Part shown: positions 37,652 through 46,186 of the stretch, in pieces
Position numbering within the stretch: position 1 is the first letter of the stretch
Layout: the number at the start of each line of letters is the position of its first letter
From: a virus
Direction: 5' to 3' (one strand)
Virus record (IMG/VR): IMGVR_UViG_3300017605_000956
Coordinates: 14,479-78,478 of that record
Length of the DNA: 64,000 bases
Translations under genes and position numbers: made by a program
The notes under the pieces: model-generated
What the model was told of the DNA's origin: nothing
Databases searched by the model: none
What the model saw: only the letters and a program-made list of their open reading frames with translations

Positions 37652-38433
37652 GCGACAACATCGAGCTGGTCTTGGGGGACGGCATCCGCTGGCTCGAGCG
37701 CCAGTCGGCCAGCTCGCTCGACGGGATCTTCACGGATCCGCCATGGGGCGCAGGCCCGGAGATCAAGGGCCAGGCCCAGTGGAAGGAGCTGATCTCGAAG
37801 ATGTCGCGTGCCGCGTTTCGGGCGTTGAAGCCGAGCGGTCGGCTCCTGCTGTGGGTGGGGATCAACCGGATGGACGGGGCGATCCGTTCAGTGACGAAAC
37901 GCCTGACCTTCTCTGGAGCGATCGTTATTCGCACCATCCCGCCCACGTGCCGCGGCCGCTGGGTGCTCGGTGGCGACCACGTTCTGATCTACGGCCGCTA
38001 CGGGTACGCGAGGCCTGTCGCGAAGATGGCTGCCGGGGAGATCACGCTGCCGTCGCTCTACGGGAACTTCACGAGCTCCGGCGTCCGGACGGGACCGGAC
38101 ACCGATCACCCATGCGCGCGGGACCTGCGGCCGGCGACGATCATCGCGCGGCAGTGGTTCCGAGCTGGGGAGCGAGTCGCTGACCCGTTCGGCGGATCCG
38201 CCGTGCTGGCGTGCGCCCTCGCGGACGTCGGAGCGAAAGCCACGTCGATCGAGATCGACCCGAAGATGCACAAGACCGCGGTGAACCGTGTGGCTCACCG
38301 CACGCCGAATCTGTTTAGGGAGAGGGACCATGGCCCACAAGATCAGGACCATCTGTTCGATCTGCGACAAGGAGCTCGCACCCAGGAACGGCGCCCCCGG
38401 CGATCCCGCGCACATCCGGTACGTGGACGATGA
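37648..38433 (+). CDS. beta-class N4-C/N6-A DNA methyltransferase
   Basis: TDPPW (IV) preceding DPFGGS (I); HP motif; IEID. Confidence 0.85.
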   Translation: MSDNIELVLGDGIRWLERQSASSLDGIFTDPPWGAGPEIKGQAQWKELISKMSRAAFRALKPSGRLLLWVGINRMDGAIRSVTKRLTFSGAIVIRTIPPTCRGRWVLGGDHVLIYGRYGYARPVAKMAAGEITLPSLYGNFTSSGVRTGPDTDHPCARDLRPATIIARQWFRAGERVADPFGGSAVLACALADVGAKATSIEIDPKMHKTAVNRVAHRTPNLFRERDHGPQDQDHLFDLRQGARTQERRPRRSRAHPVRGR

Positions 38434-38587
38434 GCGCCACAGCGGGTGCAGCCGGCCGTCCTCGATCGGGAAGAAGCCGATCCGGGTCGGCGGCTACGAC
38501 CCGGAGAAGAAGCGCGACACGACCGGCGAGTCGGTGCGCGCCCTGGATGGGACCGGTCTGACGGAGCGCCCGGCTCCGGTCGTCTAA
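38330..38587 (+). CDS. small CxxC protein
   Basis: CSIC..HSGC. Confidence 0.5.
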   Translation: MAHKIRTICSICDKELAPRNGAPGDPAHIRYVDDERHSGCSRPSSIGKKPIRVGGYDPEKKRDTTGESVRALDGTGLTERPAPVV

Positions 38588-38603
38588 CTTTTCTGGCCTG
38601 GTA

Positions 38604-38634
38604 TCGGGGGGTGGGGCGGAGCCCCACCCCCCGA
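38604..38634. repeat. perfect hairpin with GGA triloop
   Basis: TCGGGGGGTGGGGC-GGA-GCCCCACCCCCCGA. Confidence 0.9.
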
Positions 38635-38653
38635 CCGAAGACGCGAGGAGAAT

Positions 38654-39061
38654 ATGGATCTGCCCTGCCCGTACTGCCGGGGGTCCGGCAAGTTTCGTCA
38701 CGAGCGTCCGAAGAACGTCTCGGACAAGTGGTGGTTCGACATGGTCGGTCAGAGGATGGCTTGCCCCCTGTGCAAGGGCGCGGGCAAGATCGTCCGAGGC
38801 GCGGACTCGCTGGTCGTGGACACCGGCCTGATCTTCATCAAGAACCTCGACCGCAGGGTTCTGGTGGGATGCCCGGACCAGACCTGCACCCTCTGGGTCG
38901 ATGCGACGGACGCCTTCGGCCGGCGCGAGATGAGCGCACCCACCGGGCGCGCGAAGACCGTGGCCGACACGCCCCAGGCCGACTTCGCGGTGAAGTGCAA
39001 GAACGGCCACGACGTCGTTCTCTCGATGACTCCGGGAGCTGCTCGGTGGAAGCCCCATTGA
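38654..39061 (+). CDS. DnaJ-type CxxCxGxG Zn-finger protein
   Basis: CPYCRGSG, CPLCKGAG; RBS AGGAG. Confidence 0.7.
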   Translation: MDLPCPYCRGSGKFRHERPKNVSDKWWFDMVGQRMACPLCKGAGKIVRGADSLVVDTGLIFIKNLDRRVLVGCPDQTCTLWVDATDAFGRREMSAPTGRAKTVADTPQADFAVKCKNGHDVVLSMTPGAARWKPH

Positions 39062-39312
39062 TCGGCATCGCGAAGTCGCTGGTGAAGCACCTCGAGGAGG
39101 CTGGGGTCGAGGTCACTCCCGATCTCGACTTCGCGGTCGAGGCCTGCAGGGGCTCCCTCAAGAAGGGGGTCCGGGAGTTCATGGACCTGGCCGAGAAGAC
39201 GTTCACGAATCGGATCAGGCCGAGGCGGAAGGCGCTGGGCGTCTTCAGGAAGTTCCGGGAGGACGTGAAGGTGTGGCTGGCGGAATTGGTGCTCACGGAG
39301 AGAGAGGTCTGA
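39046..39312 (+). CDS. hypothetical protein with C-terminal AExxLT motif
   Basis: ..FREDVKVWLAELVLTEREV*. Confidence 0.6.
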   Translation: MEAPLIGIAKSLVKHLEEAGVEVTPDLDFAVEACRGSLKKGVREFMDLAEKTFTNRIRPRRKALGVFRKFREDVKVWLAELVLTEREV

Positions 39313-39749
39313 TGAACACGCACGATGCGGTGATGCCGTTCGGGAAGTACCAGGGAGAGCGGGTGACGAGGGTCCCCGTGAGCTACCTGAAGTGGGCCGT
39401 CTCGGTGAGGGCCGAGGCGCCAGTCGAGACGAAGGAGGGCAGCTTCCCGTTCCACGAGGTCGCGAAGTCGGAGATGCAGCGCCGCGGGGAGCGGCTCGAG
39501 AACATCGACGTCTCGCTCCATGCGATCGACCGGGCGAGCCTGTACTTCGTCCCGAAGTTCCGCCTGGAGCACGGGCACATGGAGGGGATCGCGAGCTGGC
39601 TGGGCCGGCTGGCGTGGGAGGCGTGGCAGCGCCGGACGGAGCTCGGCGCGCGCAAGGAAGACGGGACCTGGAAGCTGATCCACAACGGGATCAAGTTCGT
39701 GATCGAGGAACAGGCGATCCCGGTCGTGAAGACCGTGGAGACGCTGTAG
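39312..39749 (+). CDS. DUF3820-like domain protein
   Basis: MPFGKYQGE..VPVSYLKW. Confidence 0.75.
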   Translation: MNTHDAVMPFGKYQGERVTRVPVSYLKWAVSVRAEAPVETKEGSFPFHEVAKSEMQRRGERLENIDVSLHAIDRASLYFVPKFRLEHGHMEGIASWLGRLAWEAWQRRTELGARKEDGTWKLIHNGIKFVIEEQAIPVVKTVETL

Positions 39750-39759
39750 GGAGGACGCG

Positions 39760-40164
39760 ATGACAAAGTTCAAGACCGACCTGTTCGGCGGGGCGAAGAG
39801 GGGGGCGCAGCCCCCCTCTGAGCCCAGCGACCCCAATGCCCCTCCGCCGGGGCCGTTCGCCCAGGAGCCGCCCAAGCCCGAGAAGGCCAAGGGCCGGAAG
39901 GCGATCCACCCCGGGCTGGAGCTGACCACCCGGCGATGCTTGAAATGCTCGGCGTTTCTACACTTCAGGGTCTACGCCGTTGACGAGCAGGACCTAGTAT
40001 TGCTGGCCCCCTTCATCCACGTCAAAATCGCCTACTGCGAGTGCGGGATCTGGACGATGGATAGTCGTGACCGGATCCGCTGGATCAGGTATTCTTCCGG
40101 GGAGGCCGTGCCGGGCGGTGGCCCGCTCTACGCGCCGGAGAAGCAGCATGAGCCCAAGGAATGA
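39760..40164 (+). CDS. Zn-ribbon hypothetical protein
   Basis: RBS GGAGG; CLKC..CECG. Confidence 0.55.
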   Translation: MTKFKTDLFGGAKRGAQPPSEPSDPNAPPPGPFAQEPPKPEKAKGRKAIHPGLELTTRRCLKCSAFLHFRVYAVDEQDLVLLAPFIHVKIAYCECGIWTMDSRDRIRWIRYSSGEAVPGGGPLYAPEKQHEPKE

Positions 40165-40370
40165 AGACGATCAACACGGGCTTCCTGGGACTCCTCAGGA
40201 GCAGGGTGACGACCCTGGAACTGGAGCGCCGGTACCAGGAGGCGGCAGCCTGCCGTTCCCTGCTCAGGCAGGCGGAGCGGGCGGTGCTCAAGCCCGAGCA
40301 AATGCTACCGGACGCACTCAAATTGCTGGACCTGGAAATCCGCAAGATTCTGGGCATCCGCCCGGAGTGA
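40161..40370 (+). CDS. small coiled-coil protein
   Basis: Coupled ORF. Confidence 0.55.
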   Translation: MKTINTGFLGLLRSRVTTLELERRYQEAAACRSLLRQAERAVLKPEQMLPDALKLLDLEIRKILGIRPE

Positions 40371-40867
40371 GAAAGGGCCGTCGGTCGGCCGTCCGGGGTG
40401 AGCAGGACTTCTTCGCCGGCCAGGTGATCAAGGCCCAGATCGTCAACCGGATGCCCCAGGCCTACTTCAAGAAGCTCATGAAGAAGGGCTGGGACCCGGG
40501 GTACTTCGTGGAGCTGGAGCCCGACGACTACCCGACGCTGGCGACCCGCATCAGGTTCGAGAGGTTCGGGATGGTCGACCACGGCAACGGCAAGAAGGTC
40601 CCGATCCTCAACGAGTACAGGACGCGGGCCGTGGTCCTCTCGAAGGGTATCGACGACACCAACCGCCGGATTGTTGGGCAGGGAGACGGGTGGGTGATCG
40701 GTCTGTGGATCTCGATCCTCCGGCGCCAGATCAAGCAGGGGTCCCTGGACGTGAAGGCGTGGGCGTTCGAGGTCCTGACCGGGCTGGAGCGCGACGACGC
40801 CTACTGGCACACCCAGGCCGACAACTGGACGACGGACCTTCTGCAAAAAAACGCGCCGGAGGCGTGA
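40367..40867 (+). CDS. hypothetical protein
   Basis: GTGA coupling; strong coding bias. Confidence 0.65.
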   Translation: MRKGRRSAVRGEQDFFAGQVIKAQIVNRMPQAYFKKLMKKGWDPGYFVELEPDDYPTLATRIRFERFGMVDHGNGKKVPILNEYRTRAVVLSKGIDDTNRRIVGQGDGWVIGLWISILRRQIKQGSLDVKAWAFEVLTGLERDDAYWHTQADNWTTDLLQKNAPEA

Positions 40868-40879
40868 CCGCCGCGCGCA

Positions 40880-41010
40880 TAGTACTCGAGTACTAGAGGA
40901 GAGTAGAGTAGTACGTATCGGGCTCGGCCACCCCTTCGGGGTGGCCTCGCCCGAACTGGGTGAATGGTGTCTCGCGCCCCCCCTACCCCCCGGAGGGGGG
41001 TTATGGGGGG
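40880..41010. repeat. 16-bp palindrome, AGTAG repeats and two triloop hairpins
   Basis: TAGTACTCGAGTACTA (40880-40895); GGCCACCCC-TTC-GGGGTGGCC (40926-40946); CCCCCC-GGA-GGGGGG (40986-41000). Confidence 0.8.
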
Positions 41011-41064
41011 AAACGGGATTTTTGTCAAGATGGAAAACGCTTTTCGATTTCGGATAAGCTACAA

Positions 41065-41781
41065 ATGCTGATGACGCGAAATCTGCTGTTCCACCTGTAC
41101 CCGAAGCGGAAGACTTTCTGGCGGTGGCACGTCGAGCAGCTCATCCGCTTCCGCGACGTGTGGAACGGCAAGAAGATCATCGTCGTCGTCGAGGACGATC
41201 ACACCGAGCCGTGGCAGGACGTGTTCGAGGCACTCAGCCCGGTCGACGCCCTGGTGTACTTCAAGCGCAACACCCCCGAGCTGGGCGAGGTGAAGTACTT
41301 CATCCCGATGCTGCGCCTCCTCGAGTCGCTCGACCCCAACGAGGCCACGTTCTACGCGCACGCCAAGGGCGTGTCGCACGACTCGATGCTGGCCCAGATC
41401 CAGATGTGGTCGAAGGCGATGTACGAGCTCAACCTGTCCTTCCCGGAGATCGTCGATCGACGGCTCGAGAAGGCGGCCACGGTCGGAGCCTTCCGCGTCC
41501 AGATCAAGCACTCGGGCGCCCCCTGGTGTTACGCGGGGACCTACTTCTGGCTCAAGCACTCCGAGCTGTTTTCTCGGAATTGGACCGAGATCGAGCAGAC
41601 GCGGTATGGGGTCGAGGGGTACCCCGGGCGCCACTTCAAGTTCAGCGAGTCCTCGGCGCTCACGGTGAACTCGATGCCCGACCACGAGCTCCCCAACTGG
41701 CTCTACGCCCGCAACAGTATGGCTGGCGTGACCCAGGCCCATCTCGGTAGGATGCTCGAGCATTTGCAGAAGGAGGGGTGA
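41065..41781 (+). CDS. putative glycosyltransferase-like protein (YxHxKG motif)
   Basis: TFYAHAKGVS, YAGTYFW, RYGVEGYPG; adjacent to a SAM methyltransferase. Confidence 0.55.
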   Translation: MLMTRNLLFHLYPKRKTFWRWHVEQLIRFRDVWNGKKIIVVVEDDHTEPWQDVFEALSPVDALVYFKRNTPELGEVKYFIPMLRLLESLDPNEATFYAHAKGVSHDSMLAQIQMWSKAMYELNLSFPEIVDRRLEKAATVGAFRVQIKHSGAPWCYAGTYFWLKHSELFSRNWTEIEQTRYGVEGYPGRHFKFSESSALTVNSMPDHELPNWLYARNSMAGVTQAHLGRMLEHLQKEG

Positions 41782-42317
41782 TGCACCCGAGCGTGATGGA
41801 CTTCCTGGCCGCCGACATCCAGAGGTCGGAGATCGCTGGGAAGGATGTGCTGGAGGTCGGCTCCCAGGACGTGAACGGCTCGCCGCGGCAGGTGCTGGGC
41901 AAGTTCTCCCCGCAGAAGTACGTCGGGGTGGACTTCGCGGCTGGCAAGGGCGTGGACCTCGTGCTCGACGTCGCGAGGCTGTCCTCGCACTTCGGCTGCG
42001 AGAGCTTCGACGTGGTGATCTCGACGGAGATGCTGGAGCACGCCCAGGACTGGCGGACGGCCGTGAACCAGATGAAGGACGTCCTCCGGCCTGGCGGCCT
42101 TCTCGTGGTGACGACCCGCGGGCCGGGGTTCCCCTACCACGGCTACCCCCACGACTACTGGAGATACGAGATCCAGCATTTTCTCAGGATCTTCGCGGAT
42201 ATGCGGATCGACCGGCTGATCAGCGACCCGCAGTTCCCGGGGGTGTTCCTGAAGGCTCAGAAGGTCGACGGGACGGCCTCGATCGACCTGTCGAAGATCG
42301 AAGTGAAGAGGGTCTGA
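41781..42317 (+). CDS. class I SAM-dependent methyltransferase (glycan-associated type)
   Basis: VLEVGS, YVGVD, STEMLEH, LRPGG, YHGYPHDYWR. Confidence 0.9.
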   Translation: MHPSVMDFLAADIQRSEIAGKDVLEVGSQDVNGSPRQVLGKFSPQKYVGVDFAAGKGVDLVLDVARLSSHFGCESFDVVISTEMLEHAQDWRTAVNQMKDVLRPGGLLVVTTRGPGFPYHGYPHDYWRYEIQHFLRIFADMRIDRLISDPQFPGVFLKAQKVDGTASIDLSKIEVKRV

Positions 42318-42487
42318 TGAACAACGGCGTGGACCACAACAACCGGGTGCAGAGGATGTACCTCCCGCCGGCCAAGAACTCGCCGGTGGTGAACTGCTTC
42401 GCGATCCTGATCCTGGCGACGGCGATAATCTGCGGGCTGGCGACGCTCGGCTGCTTCGCAGCCATGATCTACTACTCGAGGCGATGA
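42317..42487 (+). CDS. 56-aa single-TM membrane protein
   Basis: Not in track; FAILILATAIICGLATLGCFAAMIYY. Confidence 0.6.
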   Translation: MNNGVDHNNRVQRMYLPPAKNSPVVNCFAILILATAIICGLATLGCFAAMIYYSRR

Positions 42488-42753
42488 TGGCGAAGAAGAC
42501 GAAGCTCAAGAAGCTCACGATCGAGGACCTCATGCACGAGGTCTCGAAGGTCCAGGCGGCTCTCGGGCCGGTGCTGAAGCTCAACGAGACGCTCCAGCAG
42601 CTCCAGCCCACCATGAACCAGTTGCTCGGGGAGCTCCGCGCGGTGCGGATCCTGCTCGACGAGAAAAAGCAGTACGCCTTCATGGACAAGCCCAGGGTCA
42701 AGCCCGAGGACCAGCGTCCGATTCCAGAGAGCCTCGGCCTTCCCAGGCTCTGA
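42487..42753 (+). CDS. coiled-coil hypothetical protein
   Basis: Coupled ORF. Confidence 0.6.
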   Translation: MAKKTKLKKLTIEDLMHEVSKVQAALGPVLKLNETLQQLQPTMNQLLGELRAVRILLDEKKQYAFMDKPRVKPEDQRPIPESLGLPRL

Positions 42754-42824
42754 ATCCAGCTAAGGCGGGGGCATACCGGAGAAATTACTCGGAGCAAATA
42801 CTCAGCCGCATTCTGGCTATCTGC

Positions 42825-42853
42825 TTGACAAACTTCTGAGGTCGCCATACACT
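42825..42853 (+). promoter_or_regulatory. sigma70-type promoter
   Basis: TTGACA-17nt-TACACT. Confidence 0.75.
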
Positions 42854-42880
42854 TCCGACCAAGAAACCTCGGAGGATGGA

Positions 42881-44623
42881 ATGGCAGGCGCAAAGCCGAA
42901 CGACATCGAGAAGGCCCAGATCCTCGACATGGTGAAGGGGAACTACCGCATCGAGGAGATCCAGCAAAAGTTCCCGCACGTCGATGGCCGGTCGATCTCC
43001 GGAATCCACATGAGGCACAACCGGAGAGCCCCCAGCCCGGAAACCCTGCACTCCGCGACCCTGGCGCCGCCCGGCTCGCCCGCGGCCGCCATGGCACCCC
43101 CGATGGCCCCCGCGCCCGTCGGCAACCGCACTCCCCAGGACGAGGCCACCGAGTCGACCGGTTTCACCCCCGCGGCCCAGACCGTCCACACCCCCCAGGG
43201 CTTCAAGCCCGGCTACCGCGAGTACTTCGTCGTCAAGAAGCTCGACCCGCCCGGCGACGGCGTCATGAAGACCGAGTACCCGCCCTTCGGCATCCACGAG
43301 CTGATGGACCGCTACTCGAGCGGCGACTACGAGATCCAGCACTACCGCGAGGGCCGGCTGTTCAACACCTACCGTGAGAAGATCGCGACGAAGGCCACGT
43401 CGCTGATCTCGTCCGCTCCTGGCGTGCAGCGCGAGGCGACGCGCCCGGAGAGCCCGACCGATGCGCTGGTGAAGACGATCGACATCTACCACAAGATCCA
43501 CACCGAGGGTCGCAGCGAGGCCGCGGCGTCCCGCCGTGACGAGGTCATCGCGAAATCCGAGGAGACGAAGGCCAAGGCCCAGGTCGAGACCGCGGCCACC
43601 GTCGGACTGATCGAGCTCGTCAAGACGATGGGCACCCCGAAGCCCACCGGCAACGAGGGCTCCATCGACCGGCTCTTCGCGCTGATGCAGGAGGACCGGA
43701 AGAACGCCGAGTCGCGCATGAAGACCGAGATCGAGATGATGCGCGAGCGGTCGAAGCTCGACCTCGAGGCCGCGCGCGAGCAGGCGAAGCTCGAGCGCCA
43801 GAAGGCGCAGGACGAAGCCGCCGAGCGCCTCCAGCGCGAGCGCGACTTCATGGGCAAGCTCCAGGAGCTCGACAAGGACCGCCAGGCTCTCTGGAAGGAG
43901 AGCTACGACAAGATGACCGAGGAACTCCGCGGGATGCAGGAGGCCCTCAGTCGCGAGCTCGACGAAAAGAAGAAGTGGTTCGACTCCTACTTCGAGATCC
44001 AGAAGGCACACACCGACGAGCTGATCGCCATCAAGAAGTCCGCCGGGACCGGCGCCGACTCCCTCAAGATGGCCGAGATCGTGCGCGACGGCTTCGTCCA
44101 GGGGCTCGATCGCGTGGGCGCCCGCATCGACATGATGGTCGACAAGGGCGTGATCCCCGGCAGCGTGAAGAATCCGGGCAACGGCAAGAAACTGGGACAC
44201 ACGGACGGTGGGACCACGCCGGCGGCCGCGGGTGGAGCCGCAGCTCCGGCAGCGAAGGAGGAGAAAGCCGTGCTCACGAAGGAAGGAATCCAGAAGGCGC
44301 TCAAGGAGCCGTGGTTCCTGGACCTGCAGGATGAGATCGTCAGGACCGTGAAGAAGCGCAAGGCGGCGACCAATCCGCGCCTCAAGCCTCACGGGACGCT
44401 GCTGGGCCAGGCGTTCATCGACAACATGAACGAGGACGTGTCCCTGCGGAAGTATATGCACTTCCTGATCTCGCGGAACTGGCAGGAGATCCTGGCCGAG
44501 GTCGGCGAAGGCTTCAAGCCGGAGTACGCAGAGGTCTTCCGCGATCCCGAGGCCGAGGTGTGGTTCGGTGAGTTCCAGGAGTTCCTCAGCGCCGCCTGGA
44601 ACGCCTCGATTGGGGTGAAATAA
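42881..44623 (+). CDS. large coiled-coil protein (putative morphogenesis/scaffold)
   Basis: RBS GGAGG; long E/K/R heptad region; first gene of the C-rich block. Confidence 0.8.
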   Translation: MAGAKPNDIEKAQILDMVKGNYRIEEIQQKFPHVDGRSISGIHMRHNRRAPSPETLHSATLAPPGSPAAAMAPPMAPAPVGNRTPQDEATESTGFTPAAQTVHTPQGFKPGYREYFVVKKLDPPGDGVMKTEYPPFGIHELMDRYSSGDYEIQHYREGRLFNTYREKIATKATSLISSAPGVQREATRPESPTDALVKTIDIYHKIHTEGRSEAAASRRDEVIAKSEETKAKAQVETAATVGLIELVKTMGTPKPTGNEGSIDRLFALMQEDRKNAESRMKTEIEMMRERSKLDLEAAREQAKLERQKAQDEAAERLQRERDFMGKLQELDKDRQALWKESYDKMTEELRGMQEALSRELDEKKKWFDSYFEIQKAHTDELIAIKKSAGTGADSLKMAEIVRDGFVQGLDRVGARIDMMVDKGVIPGSVKNPGNGKKLGHTDGGTTPAAAGGAAAPAAKEEKAVLTKEGIQKALKEPWFLDLQDEIVRTVKKRKAATNPRLKPHGTLLGQAFIDNMNEDVSLRKYMHFLISRNWQEILAEVGEGFKPEYAEVFRDPEAEVWFGEFQEFLSAAWNASIGVK

Positions 44624-44656
44624 AGCGTCCGAAAAAACGCTTCCCGCAATCGAAAG

Positions 44657-44685
44657 TTGACCTCGCCCGTTCTCTGGAATATAGT
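44657..44685 (+). promoter_or_regulatory. sigma70-type promoter
   Basis: TTGACC-17nt-TATAGT. Confidence 0.7.
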
Positions 44686-44843
44686 CCGTACAGCCCGGGG
44701 TGCCCTCGACGCCCTGGGTTACGTTTCCCCCTCTCCCCGGGGCCAGGTCGCGCAGGGCGCGTCCTCCCTTGTGACCTGGCTCCCACGAGAGAGGGCGGCG
44801 AAGCAGCTCCGCGAGGTAGAATGGTGGAATGGAGGGGAACAAG

Positions 44844-45146
44844 ATGCCTCAGAGCTTGACGAAACTGAAATGGGCGGAGCTCAAGGAAGTCCTGCTTCAC
44901 GTCCCGATCCGCGCGAGGACGGCCGTGTGGCGCGAGTCCATGGACTTCGTCGACAAGGTCCTCGCCGGCCGCAACAACCTCTCTCCCACGATCGACCTCA
45001 AGACGATGCAGTACTCGGTCGCGTGCGACATCTGCAAGGAAACGCTCCGCGTCGAGGACGACTACGTCTTCCACGCGATCACCGCGAAGTTCGTCCACTA
45101 CGACTGTCACCACAGGTCCACTGGGAATATCGGGGAAACCACCTGA
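44844..45146 (+). CDS. protein with C-terminal CxxC..HxxC Zn finger
   Basis: CDIC..HYDC; start 44829 or 44844. Confidence 0.65.
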   Translation: MPQSLTKLKWAELKEVLLHVPIRARTAVWRESMDFVDKVLAGRNNLSPTIDLKTMQYSVACDICKETLRVEDDYVFHAITAKFVHYDCHHRSTGNIGETT

Positions 45147-45159
45147 CCGGAGATCCGCT

Positions 45160-45921
45160 ATGTCGAATCCCATCTCTCGCCGCCGCCAGTCCCAGCTCGA
45201 CGCGCTGAACGATGCGCCGCCCGGCCGCGGCGAGTCGATCCAGCGCCCCATGTCCGCCGGCGCCGACGGGATTCGCAAGCTCGAGGTCCCGAAGATGGTG
45301 CAGTACGTCCAGACCTTCAACTCGGATCCGAAGGTTGTCACCCTCGCGCAGCGCGTCATCCAGCTCTGCGAGGCGAAGGACAAGATGTGCGAGATGAACA
45401 CCCTGTTCCAGTGGACGAAGAACCACTTCCGCTACGTCAACGATCCGATCGACAAGGAAGCGATCAAGACCGCGCCGCGCATGATTGGCGAGATCATGAC
45501 GCCGCCCGAGGTGATCGAGCACATCCTGGGACCCGAGCTCATCACGCAGATGAATGGCTTCGGCCTGGGTCACGGCTCGCTGCTCGAGGGCGACCCGCGC
45601 AAGCGTCTCGTCCTCTGCATGGGCTGCTTCGATCAGCGCCTCTCCGGCCCGGTCCACTCGAAGGGCTCCGGTGACTGCGACGACGGCGCGACGTTCCTGG
45701 CGACGCTGCTCGCGGCTGTCGGCATCACGCCGCGCTTCCGCTTTGGCGGCCAGGAAGACGATTCCATGTCCGACGGCTGCAATTACCACCACGTCTGGGT
45801 GCAGGGCCAGGACGACAAGGGCGACTGGCACGACATGGACGTCACCGAGAAACGCTCGAAGCTCGGCTGGTTCTACGAAGGCTTCTCCTGCACCGGTGTT
45901 GCGGCCATCTTCGCGGAGTAG
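45160..45921 (+). CDS. transglutaminase-like cysteine protease
   Basis: FRYVNDP, GDCDD (Cys), HHVW (His), MDVT (Asp) triad. Confidence 0.88.
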   Translation: MSNPISRRRQSQLDALNDAPPGRGESIQRPMSAGADGIRKLEVPKMVQYVQTFNSDPKVVTLAQRVIQLCEAKDKMCEMNTLFQWTKNHFRYVNDPIDKEAIKTAPRMIGEIMTPPEVIEHILGPELITQMNGFGLGHGSLLEGDPRKRLVLCMGCFDQRLSGPVHSKGSGDCDDGATFLATLLAAVGITPRFRFGGQEDDSMSDGCNYHHVWVQGQDDKGDWHDMDVTEKRSKLGWFYEGFSCTGVAAIFAE

Positions 45922-46107
45922 AGTGCCCGGCAGCGGGTCGGGGTTCGGTGGATCGGGACGGATACGCTGAAGAAGTCCCGCGCGGTTGAGTCATCCGCGC
46001 AGAGTCCATCGCCCGACTCGCGGGGTTTTCCCCTCACCGTGCTCCCCCTGCGACGGCCCGCAACGCGGGCCGGCGCATGAGCGGAATTCTTTCTGTACGA
46101 TTTAGGC

Positions 46108-46136
46108 TTGACACACCGAGCCACTGCGGTAATACT
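46108..46136 (+). promoter_or_regulatory. sigma70-type promoter
   Basis: TTGACA followed 16-17 nt later by (T)AATACT. Confidence 0.55.
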
Positions 46137-46186
46137 CCGTCTCGATGAGGTCGTCACACCCGAGCCGCCGAAATAAGGAGATGCCC

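Noticed and set aside
45960-45985. CTGAAGA as a hammerhead ribozyme core
   Set aside because: No correctly placed GAAA and stem II/III arrangement
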